Assembly: GCA_965200155.1 (NCBI GenBank)
Contig: CBDATR010000024.1
Location: 352,001-416,000 of the forward strand
Source of the DNA: Nitrosopumilaceae archaeon
Lineage (GTDB): Archaea; Thermoproteota; Nitrososphaeria; Nitrososphaerales; Nitrosopumilaceae
Length of the DNA: 64,000 bases
Reading direction: 5' to 3'
The position numbers and the translations under genes are program-made. Every line of letters starts with the position of its first letter. Positions within the stretch are counted from its first letter, which is position 1. This document shows, in pieces, positions 48,534-58,817 of this stretch. The notes beneath the pieces are model-generated. The model was not told the DNA's origin, ran no database searches, and saw nothing but the letters and a program-made list of their open reading frames with translations.

Positions 48534-48960
48534 CTATTGACGTCCGGCTCCACCCTCACTACAAGGGTCGTTTTCCTGTCATCATTTATTGGTGCTAATC
48601 GGCTCTCGCCTCCCTTACCCAATAGTGTCACCAAATCATAACCGTCCGGTAATATATCCGGTAGCGGGATTGAAAGTCGGTTATTGCCATCAGGTCCTGT
48701 TACTGTACCAGCGTCACGTCAATTTGGGACTGGTATGATGGAATCACATTATCGTTAGCCGCGTGTACGGTAGTCACAGGCATTATTCCGGTAACAGCAA
48801 ATACAAGGTATGAGTTCACCTGTGTCTAAATTTACGCACAACTGATGGAACAGGTTGTTCTAGTTAATGTGATTTGTGCACAAGATTCCGGAAGACGTAA
48901 ACTCATACAATACAAGACTCACTGTAGCCAAGATTGTAATTATGGTAGTTTTGTTATTAA
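48534..48960 (-). pseudogene. Remnant of an exported-protein gene, MITE-interrupted
   Basis: Removing the MITE at 48808 gives NNKTTIITILATVSLVFAVTGIMPVTTVHAAND (signal-peptide-like), then a frameshifted continuation; upper boundary approximate. Confidence 0.45.
48808..48908 (+). mobile_element. MITE family 1, variant (101 bp)
   Basis: 8-bp target duplication aatacaag; cgcgac replaced by ggaacaggttgttct. Confidence 0.95.
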
Positions 48961-49272
48961 TTGCAGTTCACGCTCCCATACATGGTTGGTCGTAGCGCGT
49001 GCTGCGTATAGTCTCGCTCTATCGGGGGAGGGGCGAGGATAACTGATGCCAGCGAGCGTTGCCACCATTAGTAAATCCAGTCGTATTAAATAAGTATTTT
49101 TTAGTGTAAATCATAGTAAATCATTCAAATAAATCGACAAATATCAGCAATCACACACAGAATTCATCACTTTTTTGAATTTCCTGACCTATTGGAATGA
49201 CTGCCGTAGTCTTTGATCATGATTAGAAGCAGAACCCCAGATTTATGTACGTGTCATAATATCACTGAATTC

Positions 49273-49683
49273 ATGGCACCGTATAATACACTAGAGCATT
49301 CCACCGACGCCCTCATCGAGGTTGTCTCCCCCAGTATCGCTGAGGCGTTCCAGGATGCCGGATATGCCACCATAGACATAATGATAAACCGGGAACACGT
49401 AAAAAAGTCCTACAGTCGCACCATACACGTCGAGGCAGACAGTATGCACGAACTGCTATTCCTGTGGCTGGAGGAGATGATATTTCAGACCATAACTGAT
49501 GGCTTTGCAATATCGGAAATATGCGTCACGTACCGGGACGGCCACATAGACTCTACAGTACACGGCGAACCATTAGACATACGGAAACATCACTTTAGAG
49601 TGGAGGTAAAGGCGCCCACATATCACGAGATGGCCATACAATATGATAGTGATGCCACAATGAGGTTCCTGCTGGATTTATGA
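49273..49683 (+). CDS. Archease
   Basis: LEHSTDA, LLFLWLEE, VEVKAPTYHEM, terminal LDL; start placed at MAPYN. Confidence 0.93.
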   Translation: MAPYNTLEHSTDALIEVVSPSIAEAFQDAGYATIDIMINREHVKKSYSRTIHVEADSMHELLFLWLEEMIFQTITDGFAISEICVTYRDGHIDSTVHGEPLDIRKHHFRVEVKAPTYHEMAIQYDSDATMRFLLDL

Positions 49684-49698
49684 GACGAGACTTTTATT

Positions 49699-49816
49699 GT
49701 ATGAGTTCACCTGTGTCTAAATTTACGTATGAGTTCATTACTGTCTAAATTTACACACGACTGATCGTAACTATTGGTACGGCTCACGTGTGATTGGCGA
49801 ATACGTGAACTCATGC
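49699..49816 (+). mobile_element. MITE family 1, chimeric copy with duplicated left end and divergent interior
   Basis: gtatgagttca occurs at 49699 and 49727; 8-bp target duplication cttttatt around the whole unit. Confidence 0.9.
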
Positions 49817-49846
49817 CTTTTATTGTCATAACCAGTCACCACACAC

Positions 49847-50227
49847 ATGACAGACCCCGAGATAGAGCGCATCATGCACGAGAAGATGCGTCGTATGATG
49901 ACCCCCAAGAGAGTCATAATAGACATTACTGATGGAAACTTTAACGATATACTGACACAAAATCACCACGTATTGGTGGACTTTTGGGCGGAATGGTGCG
50001 GCCCCTGCCGTTCCATGCATCCCGTATTCGAGGACATATCAAAGACATATGAACACATCCAGTTTGCCAGAATGAATGTAGACCAGAACAGTCTTGTTCC
50101 CGCCAAATACTCTGTGCAGTCCATACCGACTTTCATACTATTCTGTAATGGAACGGCTACGCAGAGACTGACCGGTGCGGTGAGCCCCACCACATTACAT
50201 ACACTGTGCAGGGGTTGTAAGGACTAG
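49847..50227 (+). CDS. trxA: Thioredoxin
   Basis: VDFWAEWCGPC, SIPT. Confidence 0.96.
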   Translation: MTDPEIERIMHEKMRRMMTPKRVIIDITDGNFNDILTQNHHVLVDFWAEWCGPCRSMHPVFEDISKTYEHIQFARMNVDQNSLVPAKYSVQSIPTFILFCNGTATQRLTGAVSPTTLHTLCRGCKD

Positions 50228-52002
50228 TACGCGTAGGCAGGATCCCGCTTTCGCTGGGCTGATATGATATAATCAAGGGCCTGTCGCTGATCCTTGCTTA
50301 GTCTGTCAATGAACCGGCCCTGAAGATTCTTGGCATCCCGGGAGCCGGGCAGCGTATAGTATATTCCGTCCTCAAAGACATGACGACCCACCGTTATATC
50401 CCGAACAGAGCAGGCCACCTCCTGGCCGGTCTCCGCACGGGATATGCTCTGCCCGTCATGCTGTAATTGGTGAATCACTCCCACTCGCCGACCAGATTCA
50501 TTCATGAAGGGAACCTTGGTGCGCAACTGTCCGGCATCCACTCTTATACCGAATACCGCAGGGTTGTTATTCCGGAATACATACCCCTTGAGAAGGGTGA
50601 ATTTGGCCAAGGGTGTTATCTCGCCAAATACGGCATCCTCCTCGTGTATTATATCATCCTGTACCCACTGCAAATACTCATCCACCAGTCGGTATATGAC
50701 CCTCTCGCTGAATATTCGTATATGACCCATCTCGGACTCCTCCAAAGCGTCAGGGAGTGTCTTGACGCCAAAGGCCAAGATTACGCCCAATCGGCGGTCC
50801 CCCTCCTTTATAGCCCGGGCACCCACAACATCCCGGCGATTTACAGGACCAATATCTGCCCTCGCTATCTTTACACCCTTGTCATTTAGCATCTGTACGG
50901 CCGCCTCCAAGGATCCTATGGTATCGCATTTCAGTGTGATACCCTGGCTCTGCGTATCAATGAATACTGAGCGCATCTCCGACTCTATTATGTCAGTATA
51001 GCGGGATATGTCATCGGGGGAGCGGGACACGTATAGTGTGCTCCCGGGCAGAACGCCACCCATATCAGGAGAAGCTATCTTGAGACCGGCAGCCGCATCC
51101 ACCTTGTCTATGGCCATGAACTTGTCCCGGGGATCCCGCATCTCATCCAGCGGCCTAGGTAATAGTATGGCCTTTGGCTTGGTCACTATAACGCCATCCC
51201 GCCGGGCCATGACCAGCGTATCGGTCTTTTTTATGGAGCCGTCTATGAGTATTATGTTGGCAGTATCACCCAGGCCGGGCTCGTGATTTGCCTCCAGGAC
51301 TATTCCCCTGGGCTCCTTGGCTTTTTGCTCCAGTCGTGCCTGCATGTATTGCTGTGTAAGAGCTACTAGAACCGTCAGCAATTCCGGTATGCCCATGCCC
51401 CGGCGCGCAGAGACCGGTATTATGGCCACCTCACTCTTGTAGTCCTTGACTCTATAGAATGCCTCGGACTTGTACCCCAGGACAGACAAGGTACCAACTA
51501 CATCATATATGCTGGTGTCCAGCTGCTTCCTGACCGATATATCCTGTTTCGTGACGGACTCGGAGATATACGGAGTGTCAAGGGTGCGCCAGCCGGATAA
51601 CTGATCACACTTGTTCAAGGCAATAACGAATGGCACCTTCCGGGCACGCAGTATGTCCAGGCTCTCCCTGGTTTGGGGCTGAAAACCCCTGGCGGCATCT
51701 ATGACCAGTACGGCAATGTCTGCTGCGGATCCGCCCCGGCTGCGCAGGTTCTTAAAGACCTCGTGGCCGGGCGTATCAATTACAAGTATACCCGGTATGT
51801 CGGCGCCGGACTGTAATTTCTGGTGCAGGCGACCACACTTTTCTTTTATTATGTCAGGCGGCAGAAAGCTTGCGCCAATATGCTGGGTTATTCCGCCAGC
51901 TTCCCGGCCCTGGACACCCGTTCCCCGTATGCTGTCCAGTAACGTGGTCTTGCCGGAATCAACATGACCCAGTACTGCAACTATAGGTTGCCGAACGGCC
52001 AA
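50224..52002 (-). CDS. infB: Translation initiation factor aIF5B (IF-2)
   Basis: RQPIVAVLGHVDSGKTT, EAGGITQHIGA, DTPGHE, NKCD; TTG start at 52002. Confidence 0.97.
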   Translation of the reverse strand: MAVRQPIVAVLGHVDSGKTTLLDSIRGTGVQGREAGGITQHIGASFLPPDIIKEKCGRLHQKLQSGADIPGILVIDTPGHEVFKNLRSRGGSAADIAVLVIDAARGFQPQTRESLDILRARKVPFVIALNKCDQLSGWRTLDTPYISESVTKQDISVRKQLDTSIYDVVGTLSVLGYKSEAFYRVKDYKSEVAIIPVSARRGMGIPELLTVLVALTQQYMQARLEQKAKEPRGIVLEANHEPGLGDTANIILIDGSIKKTDTLVMARRDGVIVTKPKAILLPRPLDEMRDPRDKFMAIDKVDAAAGLKIASPDMGGVLPGSTLYVSRSPDDISRYTDIIESEMRSVFIDTQSQGITLKCDTIGSLEAAVQMLNDKGVKIARADIGPVNRRDVVGARAIKEGDRRLGVILAFGVKTLPDALEESEMGHIRIFSERVIYRLVDEYLQWVQDDIIHEEDAVFGEITPLAKFTLLKGYVFRNNNPAVFGIRVDAGQLRTKVPFMNESGRRVGVIHQLQHDGQSISRAETGQEVACSVRDITVGRHVFEDGIYYTLPGSRDAKNLQGRFIDRLSKDQRQALDYIISAQRKRDPAYAY

Positions 52003-52003
52003 G

Positions 52004-52402
52004 TCACGGAAACACCACGCCTGACTCGTGTGTAAAACTCTCTTGAGAGTCAGATGCATGAATGGCGTTCTCGGAGAGTAGCAATGACAAGTCACCCCGT
52101 ATGGAACCGGGTGCTGCCTCGTATGACTTTGTGGAGCCGACCATGGTGCGAGTGGCCGGGATTGCATTATCTCCTTGCAGTATGCAAGCCACAACAGGAC
52201 CAGAAGTGATGAACTCTACTAATTCCCCAAAGAAGGGCTTGTCTTTATGTACTGAGTAAAAGCGGCTTGCCATTTTATCATCGAGTGTCATCATCTCCAG
52301 CCGTTCTATTACAAAACCCTTCTTCTCGAATCTTTGAATGATATTGCCGATGAATCCCCGTCTCACAGCATCAGGCTTGATGACTATAAGGGTGCGCTCC
52401 AC
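52004..52402 (-). CDS. ndk: Nucleoside diphosphate kinase
   Basis: ERTLIVIKPDAV, PGSIRGD, NAIHASDS. Confidence 0.97.
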   Translation of the reverse strand: MERTLIVIKPDAVRRGFIGNIIQRFEKKGFVIERLEMMTLDDKMASRFYSVHKDKPFFGELVEFITSGPVVACILQGDNAIPATRTMVGSTKSYEAAPGSIRGDLSLLLSENAIHASDSQESFTHESGVVFP

Positions 52403-52606
52403 CTAGCCCCGCCTCCTTATTCCACCTTTGACGTACTTGCGGGTCCATTTCAATTTGCGTGGATCCCGCTTTAGAACCAGTGCGTTCTTTTTGCATTTTG
52501 CCGAGCAGAACCACAGTATGTTGCCATCATTCTTGGCCAGCATGGTGCCAGTCCCCTTGGCTACGGGCTTGTTACAGAAACTACAAGATTTTACCAGCAG
52601 ACTCAT
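52403..52606 (-). CDS. rpl24e: 50S ribosomal protein L24e
   Basis: CSFC...GTG...DG...FCSAKC...PRKLKWT. Confidence 0.96.
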   Translation of the reverse strand: MSLLVKSCSFCNKPVAKGTGTMLAKNDGNILWFCSAKCKKNALVLKRDPRKLKWTRKYVKGGIRRRG

Positions 52607-52618
52607 TATACATGTCAC

Positions 52619-52831
52619 CTATTTGATCTTCTTTGCCTCACGCTCGGTCTCCCGCAACATTAGTGTCTCCTGTACACGGACAGAGCCTTTTACATTCCTT
52701 GTAAGTATACGACCCTTATCCTTGCCTTCCAGGATTCGCACCCGTACCTGGATTACCTCACCGGCTATACCAGTACGGCCCACTATTTGTATGACTTCAG
52801 CTGGTATTACTTGCTCGGCCTCGGCGCTCAT
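52619..52831 (-). CDS. rps28e: 30S ribosomal protein S28e
   Basis: [14 protein letters not shown]...RNVKG...LRETEREA. Confidence 0.97.
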   Translation of the reverse strand: MSAEAEQVIPAEVIQIVGRTGIAGEVIQVRVRILEGKDKGRILTRNVKGSVRVQETLMLRETEREAKKIK

Positions 52832-53208
52832 TTGGATGCGCCCCGGATCTTGGACATGGACTGCACTACTTGCTCCACGATATGCTGCGCGTCTCCGGCG
52901 TCCAGTATGGCCGTGGCGGCAGAGCGGGTATTCAGACCCAAGGACTTGCCCAGCTCCTGCTGGCTGGGAACAAATGCATATGGTAAACTCTGCTCATCAC
53001 ACAATATGGGGAGGTGTGCCACTACCTCTGGGGGATCCACATCCTCGGCGATAACGATTAGCTTACCGGTACCGCGCTCTATGGCCTTTGTGACCTCGTT
53101 GGTTCCCTTCCTTATCTTGCCGGTACTGGCGGCTACCCTTATTGCCTCGTATATGGGATTGACTAGGTCTTCGGGTGTTTCAAATTTCACGTAATATCCT
53201 TTGGCCAT
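52828..53208 (-). CDS. rpl7ae: 50S ribosomal protein L7Ae
   Basis: [32 protein letters not shown]; start placed at MAKGY. Confidence 0.97.
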   Translation of the reverse strand: MAKGYYVKFETPEDLVNPIYEAIRVAASTGKIRKGTNEVTKAIERGTGKLIVIAEDVDPPEVVAHLPILCDEQSLPYAFVPSQQELGKSLGLNTRSAATAILDAGDAQHIVEQVVQSMSKIRGASK

Positions 53209-53259
53209 ATTATGATTTGACTTGGAATTGGTCTTAAAAGTGTTGGGCGTTGTTATATG

Positions 53260-53388
53260 GTAACCGTTTAGGACCCTTGGACAACTGTTCAAAATACACA
53301 GCTAACATGTCTATTCCTGCTTTTTCTATCTTACATATACTCATGAATTTACCGTCTAGGTGATCTTTAACGCGACCTAAACGGTTAC
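53260..53388. mobile_element. IS66-end-derived MITE, family 3
   Basis: Perfect inverted ends gtaaccgtttagg / cctaaacggttac; interior shared with 30601-30663; ends match the IS66 remnant. Confidence 0.8.
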
Positions 53389-53467
53389 CATTTGGTTTTG
53401 CCATCATGAAGCACGGGAACACCATCACCCAACAAGACCATTATAACATGACACGAATCATTCCATA

Positions 53468-54814
53468 ATGGGACTGTTCGGAACTAATGGCGTCCGGGGC
53501 GTCTTTGGTAGTGAGTTCACCCTAGAGATGGCGCAAAGGCTCAGTATTGCCATAGCACGGCACTGGGGGAGAGGTCCCGTCCTTGTAGGGTATGATGGAA
53601 GACACGGGGGAAGCATAATCGCGGACACAGTCTGCGCCGCGCTAAACTATTCCGGGCTAAACTGCAACAATGCAGGACTGGTGCCCACCCCCTGTCTTGA
53701 GTATGGAGTCCGGGAATTGGGATATTCCGGCGGCATAATGATAACCGCATCTCACAACCCGCCACCATATAACGGCATGAAGGCAATAGCCTCAGACGGG
53801 GTGGAGATAGCACGGGAACATGAGAGAGTAATAGAGAGGCACTATTACAGTGATGTGACAAATGAGGCGCCCACCAGTCAGTGGGGAGCAACAGGTACCG
53901 AGACCCGCACGCTGGAGACATACATTAGTGGCATCATCTCAAAGGTGAATGCTAAAGCCATATCCGGAAATAACTATACTGTAGCCATAGACATGGGAAA
54001 TGGTGCCCAGGCCGCGGCGGCGCCCCTCCTGTGCCAAAGACTCAACTGCAACATGATACCCATACATCATACAATTGACGGGGACTTTCCGGGCCGGGGA
54101 CCGGAACCCACACCCCAGAACCTGCAAACGTTATCCGGTACTATAACAAAAGAGAAGGCGCATCTAGGCATTGCCTTTGACGGGGACGGGGACCGCAGCA
54201 TACTATGCGATGAAACCGGGAACATACTGACCGGTGACGCGTCCGCCCTAATGCTGGTAAGATATCTCTTGGAGAAGAATCCCCGCTCCAAGGTGGTGAC
54301 CTGCATAAATTCCGGCGACGCCATAGAGGACATGGTACACGATAGTCAGGTGATACGCACCAAGGTAGGCAGCGTCGAGGTATCCCGCATGATGGTAGAT
54401 ACGGGGGCGCTGGCAGGCTTTGAGGAGAATGGTGGTTTTATGTATGGGAACCATAACTGTGTGCGCGACGGGCTCATGACACTTGCCCTGACCCTGGATA
54501 TGATGGCCCATCACAACAGCACGATATCACAGGAGACAGGTACGCTACCCCCGTCTTACACCACAAAAACAAAGGTGCCATGTGATACTCATATGGCTAG
54601 CGCCATTATGGACAAGTTATACTCATCATACTCCCAGGGCCAGAGAGAGGACGGTGTAAAGATAATCCTAGGACAATCGCACTGGGTCATGATTAGACCC
54701 AGCGGAACTGAGCCCATACTCCGGATATATGCGCAGGCACCTACTGGAAAAATGCTGGAGAAGACTATTCAGGAGTATACGGACATGGTGGAAACATTAA
54801 CGCGTACAACTTAA
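53468..54814 (+). CDS. Phosphoglucosamine/phosphomannomutase family phosphohexomutase
   Basis: LFGTNGVRG, MITASHNP, FDGDGDR, GFEENGG, RPSGTEP. Confidence 0.95.
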   Translation: MGLFGTNGVRGVFGSEFTLEMAQRLSIAIARHWGRGPVLVGYDGRHGGSIIADTVCAALNYSGLNCNNAGLVPTPCLEYGVRELGYSGGIMITASHNPPPYNGMKAIASDGVEIAREHERVIERHYYSDVTNEAPTSQWGATGTETRTLETYISGIISKVNAKAISGNNYTVAIDMGNGAQAAAAPLLCQRLNCNMIPIHHTIDGDFPGRGPEPTPQNLQTLSGTITKEKAHLGIAFDGDGDRSILCDETGNILTGDASALMLVRYLLEKNPRSKVVTCINSGDAIEDMVHDSQVIRTKVGSVEVSRMMVDTGALAGFEENGGFMYGNHNCVRDGLMTLALTLDMMAHHNSTISQETGTLPPSYTTKTKVPCDTHMASAIMDKLYSSYSQGQREDGVKIILGQSHWVMIRPSGTEPILRIYAQAPTGKMLEKTIQEYTDMVETLTRTT

Positions 54815-54840
54815 ATTATGGACAGTACTACATTTCGCAA

Positions 54841-55128
54841 ATGTCGAATGAAGCGCGCGATACCATCTTTATCGGCAAAAAACCACTCATGGCATATGTG
54901 ACATCAACGCTAATCCAGCTCACAAATCTTCCGGCGGTAACAATCAAGGCCAGAGGCATGAGCATAGGCCGTGCCGTAGATGTGGCCCAGATAATATCTC
55001 GCAAGACCGAGAATGCTGGCTACTCCATTGGTGACATAAAGATAGGATCCGAGTCTCTTGAATCTAACGACGGCAAGGCACGACAGGTGTCAACCATCGA
55101 AATAGAAGTGAAGAAAAACGCAGACTAG
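54841..55128 (+). CDS. albA: DNA/RNA-binding protein Alba
   Basis: IFIGKKPLMAYV, IKARGMSIGRAVDVA, VSTIEI. Confidence 0.96.
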   Translation: MSNEARDTIFIGKKPLMAYVTSTLIQLTNLPAVTIKARGMSIGRAVDVAQIISRKTENAGYSIGDIKIGSESLESNDGKARQVSTIEIEVKKNAD

Positions 55129-55167
55129 AACTGCGCAAGTGCATTTTTGTGATATTTTTATCGTATA

Positions 55168-56013
55168 CTAGGATCTTTTATACCGCTCTTCTAGCTCACG
55201 CATGTCATGTAACCCAACCAGCTGGTTGAACTGATCAAAACTCATGGAAGTGCCACTGGTGACACCATTCTGGCGCAGATGCCGTAGTGCCGACATGGAC
55301 GCGGCAGTGGCCGCGTATAATATTGACAAGGGATACAAGACTATTGAGAATCCCATATTATGCAATGATGATGCAGGCTGTATGGGGGTAGCACCGCCCT
55401 CTATCATGTTTGCCACCAAGGGGGCATCTATGGCCTTGCCTATGGTTTCCATCTCCTGGACTGACTGGGGCGCCTCTACAAATATGGCAGTGGCGCCTGT
55501 CCTCTTGTTTTCCAGTCCCCGCTGTATGGCCTCGTCCAGTCCCAGGGTTGCCCTAGCATCAGTCCTTGCCACAATCACAAAGTCCCTACTCTGGCGCGCA
55601 TCAAGTGCAGCACCCAGCTTCTCTGTATACTCTTCCTGTGATATAACCTCCTTGCCCTTCATGTGACCGCAACGTTTGGGCCATTTTTGGTCCTCCAAGA
55701 ATATGCCACTAGCTCCTACACTCTCCAGCTGCCTCACCAGGCGATGCACGTTTAGCGCCCCACCATAGCCGGTATCCGCGTCCACTATAACTGGAATATT
55801 CACCGCGGAGCATATGCGGCTGGCATTATCAATGGTCTCGGCGGCACCCACAAAGCCGTAGTCTGGCATGCCGAACAGTGTAGCCGATGTCCCGTAACCG
55901 GTCTGGAACATTGCATCAAAGCCTGCCATCTGCGCCATGCGTCCCCCCAGGGCATCATAAACACCGGGAACCACCAGTGGCTTTCTTGACGATATGTCTG
56001 CTGCAAGACTCAC
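55168..56013 (-). CDS. Isocitrate lyase/PEP mutase family protein (methylisocitrate lyase-like)
   Basis: PGVYDA, VDADTGYG, EDQKWPKRCGH, ARTDA. Confidence 0.92.
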   Translation of the reverse strand: MSLAADISSRKPLVVPGVYDALGGRMAQMAGFDAMFQTGYGTSATLFGMPDYGFVGAAETIDNASRICSAVNIPVIVDADTGYGGALNVHRLVRQLESVGASGIFLEDQKWPKRCGHMKGKEVISQEEYTEKLGAALDARQSRDFVIVARTDARATLGLDEAIQRGLENKRTGATAIFVEAPQSVQEMETIGKAIDAPLVANMIEGGATPIQPASSLHNMGFSIVLYPLSILYAATAASMSALRHLRQNGVTSGTSMSFDQFNQLVGLHDMRELEERYKRS

Positions 56014-56372
56014 GGTATGAGTTGTATTGATACTATTATCAATGTATCTTGGTGGAATGAGGTGGTGAGCTAGGTTGAATGATGCAAGAGCAAATACATC
56101 AAAACCGCCACTGGAACTCTGAAGGCATTAGTCGTGCCGCGTCATACATGTCATTATTGATTGCAGAGTCATCCGGCCATCATTGTTACAAGATAAACCA
56201 GTACACACCCACCCTGTATGTTACTGGTAAACGGAATAGTGATTATCAAGGCGCCATCCATAAAGCATGAAGATGAAATTTCCACTGGAACCGGTCTATG
56301 TGGACGGTGAGGGACATTTGACATACAACCAAAAAAGGGATGGGAAAATCGTATCATGTATGAAGAATTTTT

Positions 56373-56464
56373 GTATGAGTTCACCTGTGTCTAAATTTAC
56401 GCACAACTGATCGCGACAGTTAATGTGATTTGTGCACAAGATTCCGGAAGACGTGAACTCATAC
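56373..56464 (+). mobile_element. 92-bp MITE, family 1
   Basis: 8-bp target duplication gaattttt. Confidence 0.96.
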
Positions 56465-56565
56465 GAATTTTTACTGATAAGAAACCAAAACCGTTACAAA
56501 TTCCTTAATGACTATCAGAAGTGTAACGACTCATACAACACTAGCATGCAAATCCCCCAAAGTTA

Positions 56566-58035
56566 CTATTCCAGCGCCTTTGGTGCGATGGGCTTTTCCT
56601 GTTCCAGCTGCGGTGCCTGCTGCGGTTCGGCTAGCTTGGGGAGCTCCCGGACCGGGGCAGGGGGCGGCGGCGGGACCTTCTTGGACTGGTTCATGCCGTA
56701 GCGGTACATGTGGAAGAATGCCGCAAAGACTATCATGATCATGCCCACCAGGAATAGAGAGACATTCTGCATGCCAGTCAGCATGGCGTTATACGCTGCG
56801 ATATTCAGGAATACCTGGAATGCCAGCAGTGCCACAATGACCCAGTTTATCCACTTTTGGGACAAGTTGATGGTGGCAGCCTTGTTGGGACCCTTCTCCT
56901 TGATTAGCTTGGACTTGCGCTCGGCTTCCTTTGCCAGCTTTATCATCATGTACGTGAATCCAAAGCTTAGTGGCACCAGCAGTATCATTACCAGATACAG
57001 GAATACCGGATCAATTACCAGCCTGTCCACCAAGGCCAGACTCGTATCGGCCGGTATGTAAAAGCCCCAGTATGTGGTGACCATTATCTGGGCCAGCCCG
57101 GTTATCCCAAAGGCCGTGATAATGGGCCTGTCCTTCCAGGAGAACTTTTTGTACCTGTCCAGGAACGGGACCAGCAACAGGGATCCTATGAACAAGCCCG
57201 GCCACAACACCCCCGTGACAAACTTGTCATACTGCGTCCGCAGGAACGCGTAGAGACCTGTCAGATACCACTCCGGGACTGTAATACCCGGAGGAACAGT
57301 AGGCTGGAACTTGAAGCCCAAGTCAATGGGAAAGACACCACCCGTAAGCAGGATGGCGCCCACCACCGCAAAGACCATTGGAACATCAAAGACCAAGAAC
57401 CGTGGAAAGTGCACCGCCATGAGACCTAGCATCACTAATGGTAGCAGGAATACGTGCTGCGCGTAGAACCGCAGCACAAAGTCCGAGAACCCGTTTCCGA
57501 ACATGGCATCCCTCACGACCGGCCCTATAACGGGAATCGAATTAGTTAATGACGCGGCGATACTAATGGCCAGCTGCGCCCGCTCGCTGAATATTACGTC
57601 ATAGCCGGTAAATGCCTCCAGTATTGTAACGGTTCCCAGGATGACTCCGGTAACCCACAGTATCTCGTTGCGTATCTTGTAGCGGCCGCTAAAGTACTGA
57701 TAGTACATGTGCAGGACTGCTAGGAGTACCATGGCATTGGAACCGTGATAGTGTATGTTACGAATATGGAAACCAAAGGGAACCTCGTCATTTATGAACG
57801 CGACACTGTCCCAGGCCCTGTCCAGTATGGGCTGATAATAGAACATCAGTAACGCTCCGGATATACCCAGAACCACAAAGACAATGAAGGTAAGCATGCC
57901 CAGGAATCCAAAGGGGCTCACAAACCGGGCCGGGAAGGAGAATTTTATGGCAGTAAATATGGTACGATCCAGCCCGTCCCATATCCATGCAAAGAAGGCG
58001 ACGGCGCCCGTCCGCCTACTTAAGGAAACGGCCAT
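56566..58035 (-). CDS. petB: Cytochrome b of the bc-type complex
   Basis: Heme-ligand His (RNIHYH, VLHM, AQHV, AVHF), PEWY motif, multiple TM helices. Confidence 0.95.
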   Translation of the reverse strand: MAVSLSRRTGAVAFFAWIWDGLDRTIFTAIKFSFPARFVSPFGFLGMLTFIVFVVLGISGALLMFYYQPILDRAWDSVAFINDEVPFGFHIRNIHYHGSNAMVLLAVLHMYYQYFSGRYKIRNEILWVTGVILGTVTILEAFTGYDVIFSERAQLAISIAASLTNSIPVIGPVVRDAMFGNGFSDFVLRFYAQHVFLLPLVMLGLMAVHFPRFLVFDVPMVFAVVGAILLTGGVFPIDLGFKFQPTVPPGITVPEWYLTGLYAFLRTQYDKFVTGVLWPGLFIGSLLLVPFLDRYKKFSWKDRPIITAFGITGLAQIMVTTYWGFYIPADTSLALVDRLVIDPVFLYLVMILLVPLSFGFTYMMIKLAKEAERKSKLIKEKGPNKAATINLSQKWINWVIVALLAFQVFLNIAAYNAMLTGMQNVSLFLVGMIMIVFAAFFHMYRYGMNQSKKVPPPPPAPVRELPKLAEPQQAPQLEQEKPIAPKALE

Positions 58036-58615
58036 ATCCTATCACACCATTCTCGTTAGTACCCCACACAGGGGGCAGGATCCACAAAAATCCCTCCGCA
58101 TCGGCCTCAAACTCCAGCTGCGGCAGTACGTCCGAGGGAGCCGCTTGCAGTGATGCCGGGCCAGCTACTGCCTGTCCTGTTTGGGCATCATAAATCGAAC
58201 CATGACAGGGACACTCACCCCTCTTTTTATCATCAGAGGGGTAATACTTCCACAAACACCACAAATGCAGGCACACCATGGAGTATCCCCGAAAGGCTGT
58301 CACATCCGGAGCGTTACCCCCCATCTCGTCCGGTAATCTTATGAACTGCCACTTGCGGAAGGCCTCCTCGTCCAGTACACGATCCCCGGTTTTGGGATAC
58401 GTTATGACCTCAGCATAATTTGTGGGAAACACATTGACGTTGGCTTGCGTACCGTCCGGCAGCTCAACGGGCACCTTCTCCAGCGAGGCGGAGCTGGGGT
58501 TGGGCATGAAGTTTCCCCAAGGCACAAAGGGCGCAAACGCCAGTCCCGTTCCCGCGGCCCCCATAAGCTTGAGAAAATCACGCCGAGAGAGCCCGTCGCT
58601 CTGCGCCTCTGTCAT
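58016..58615 (-). CDS. Rieske iron-sulfur protein with Tat signal
   Basis: SRRDFLK; CLHLWC and CPCHGS boxes. Confidence 0.96.
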   Translation of the reverse strand: MTEAQSDGLSRRDFLKLMGAAGTGLAFAPFVPWGNFMPNPSSASLEKVPVELPDGTQANVNVFPTNYAEVITYPKTGDRVLDEEAFRKWQFIRLPDEMGGNAPDVTAFRGYSMVCLHLWCLWKYYPSDDKKRGECPCHGSIYDAQTGQAVAGPASLQAAPSDVLPQLEFEADAEGFLWILPPVWGTNENGVIGYGRFLK

Positions 58616-58817
58616 TTGTTATAAATAGTGTGATTATGTTATAAATCTTGGTAAGTTTGGAAAAAGCATCCATTAAGCATATACCCACCCTGTCAAAGTG
58701 ACAGGAGACCAAGACGTACATAAATTCGTGCACGAAAACCGTGATGAACAAATGCAGGATATCACGTCTTTCGGGAATCTCGTACCACGATCAGTCATGG
58801 AATTACAGGTGAACACA

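Noticed and set aside
56566-58615. bc complex lacking cytochrome c1 as a novelty
   Set aside because: Established for ammonia-oxidising archaea, which lack c-type cytochromes.
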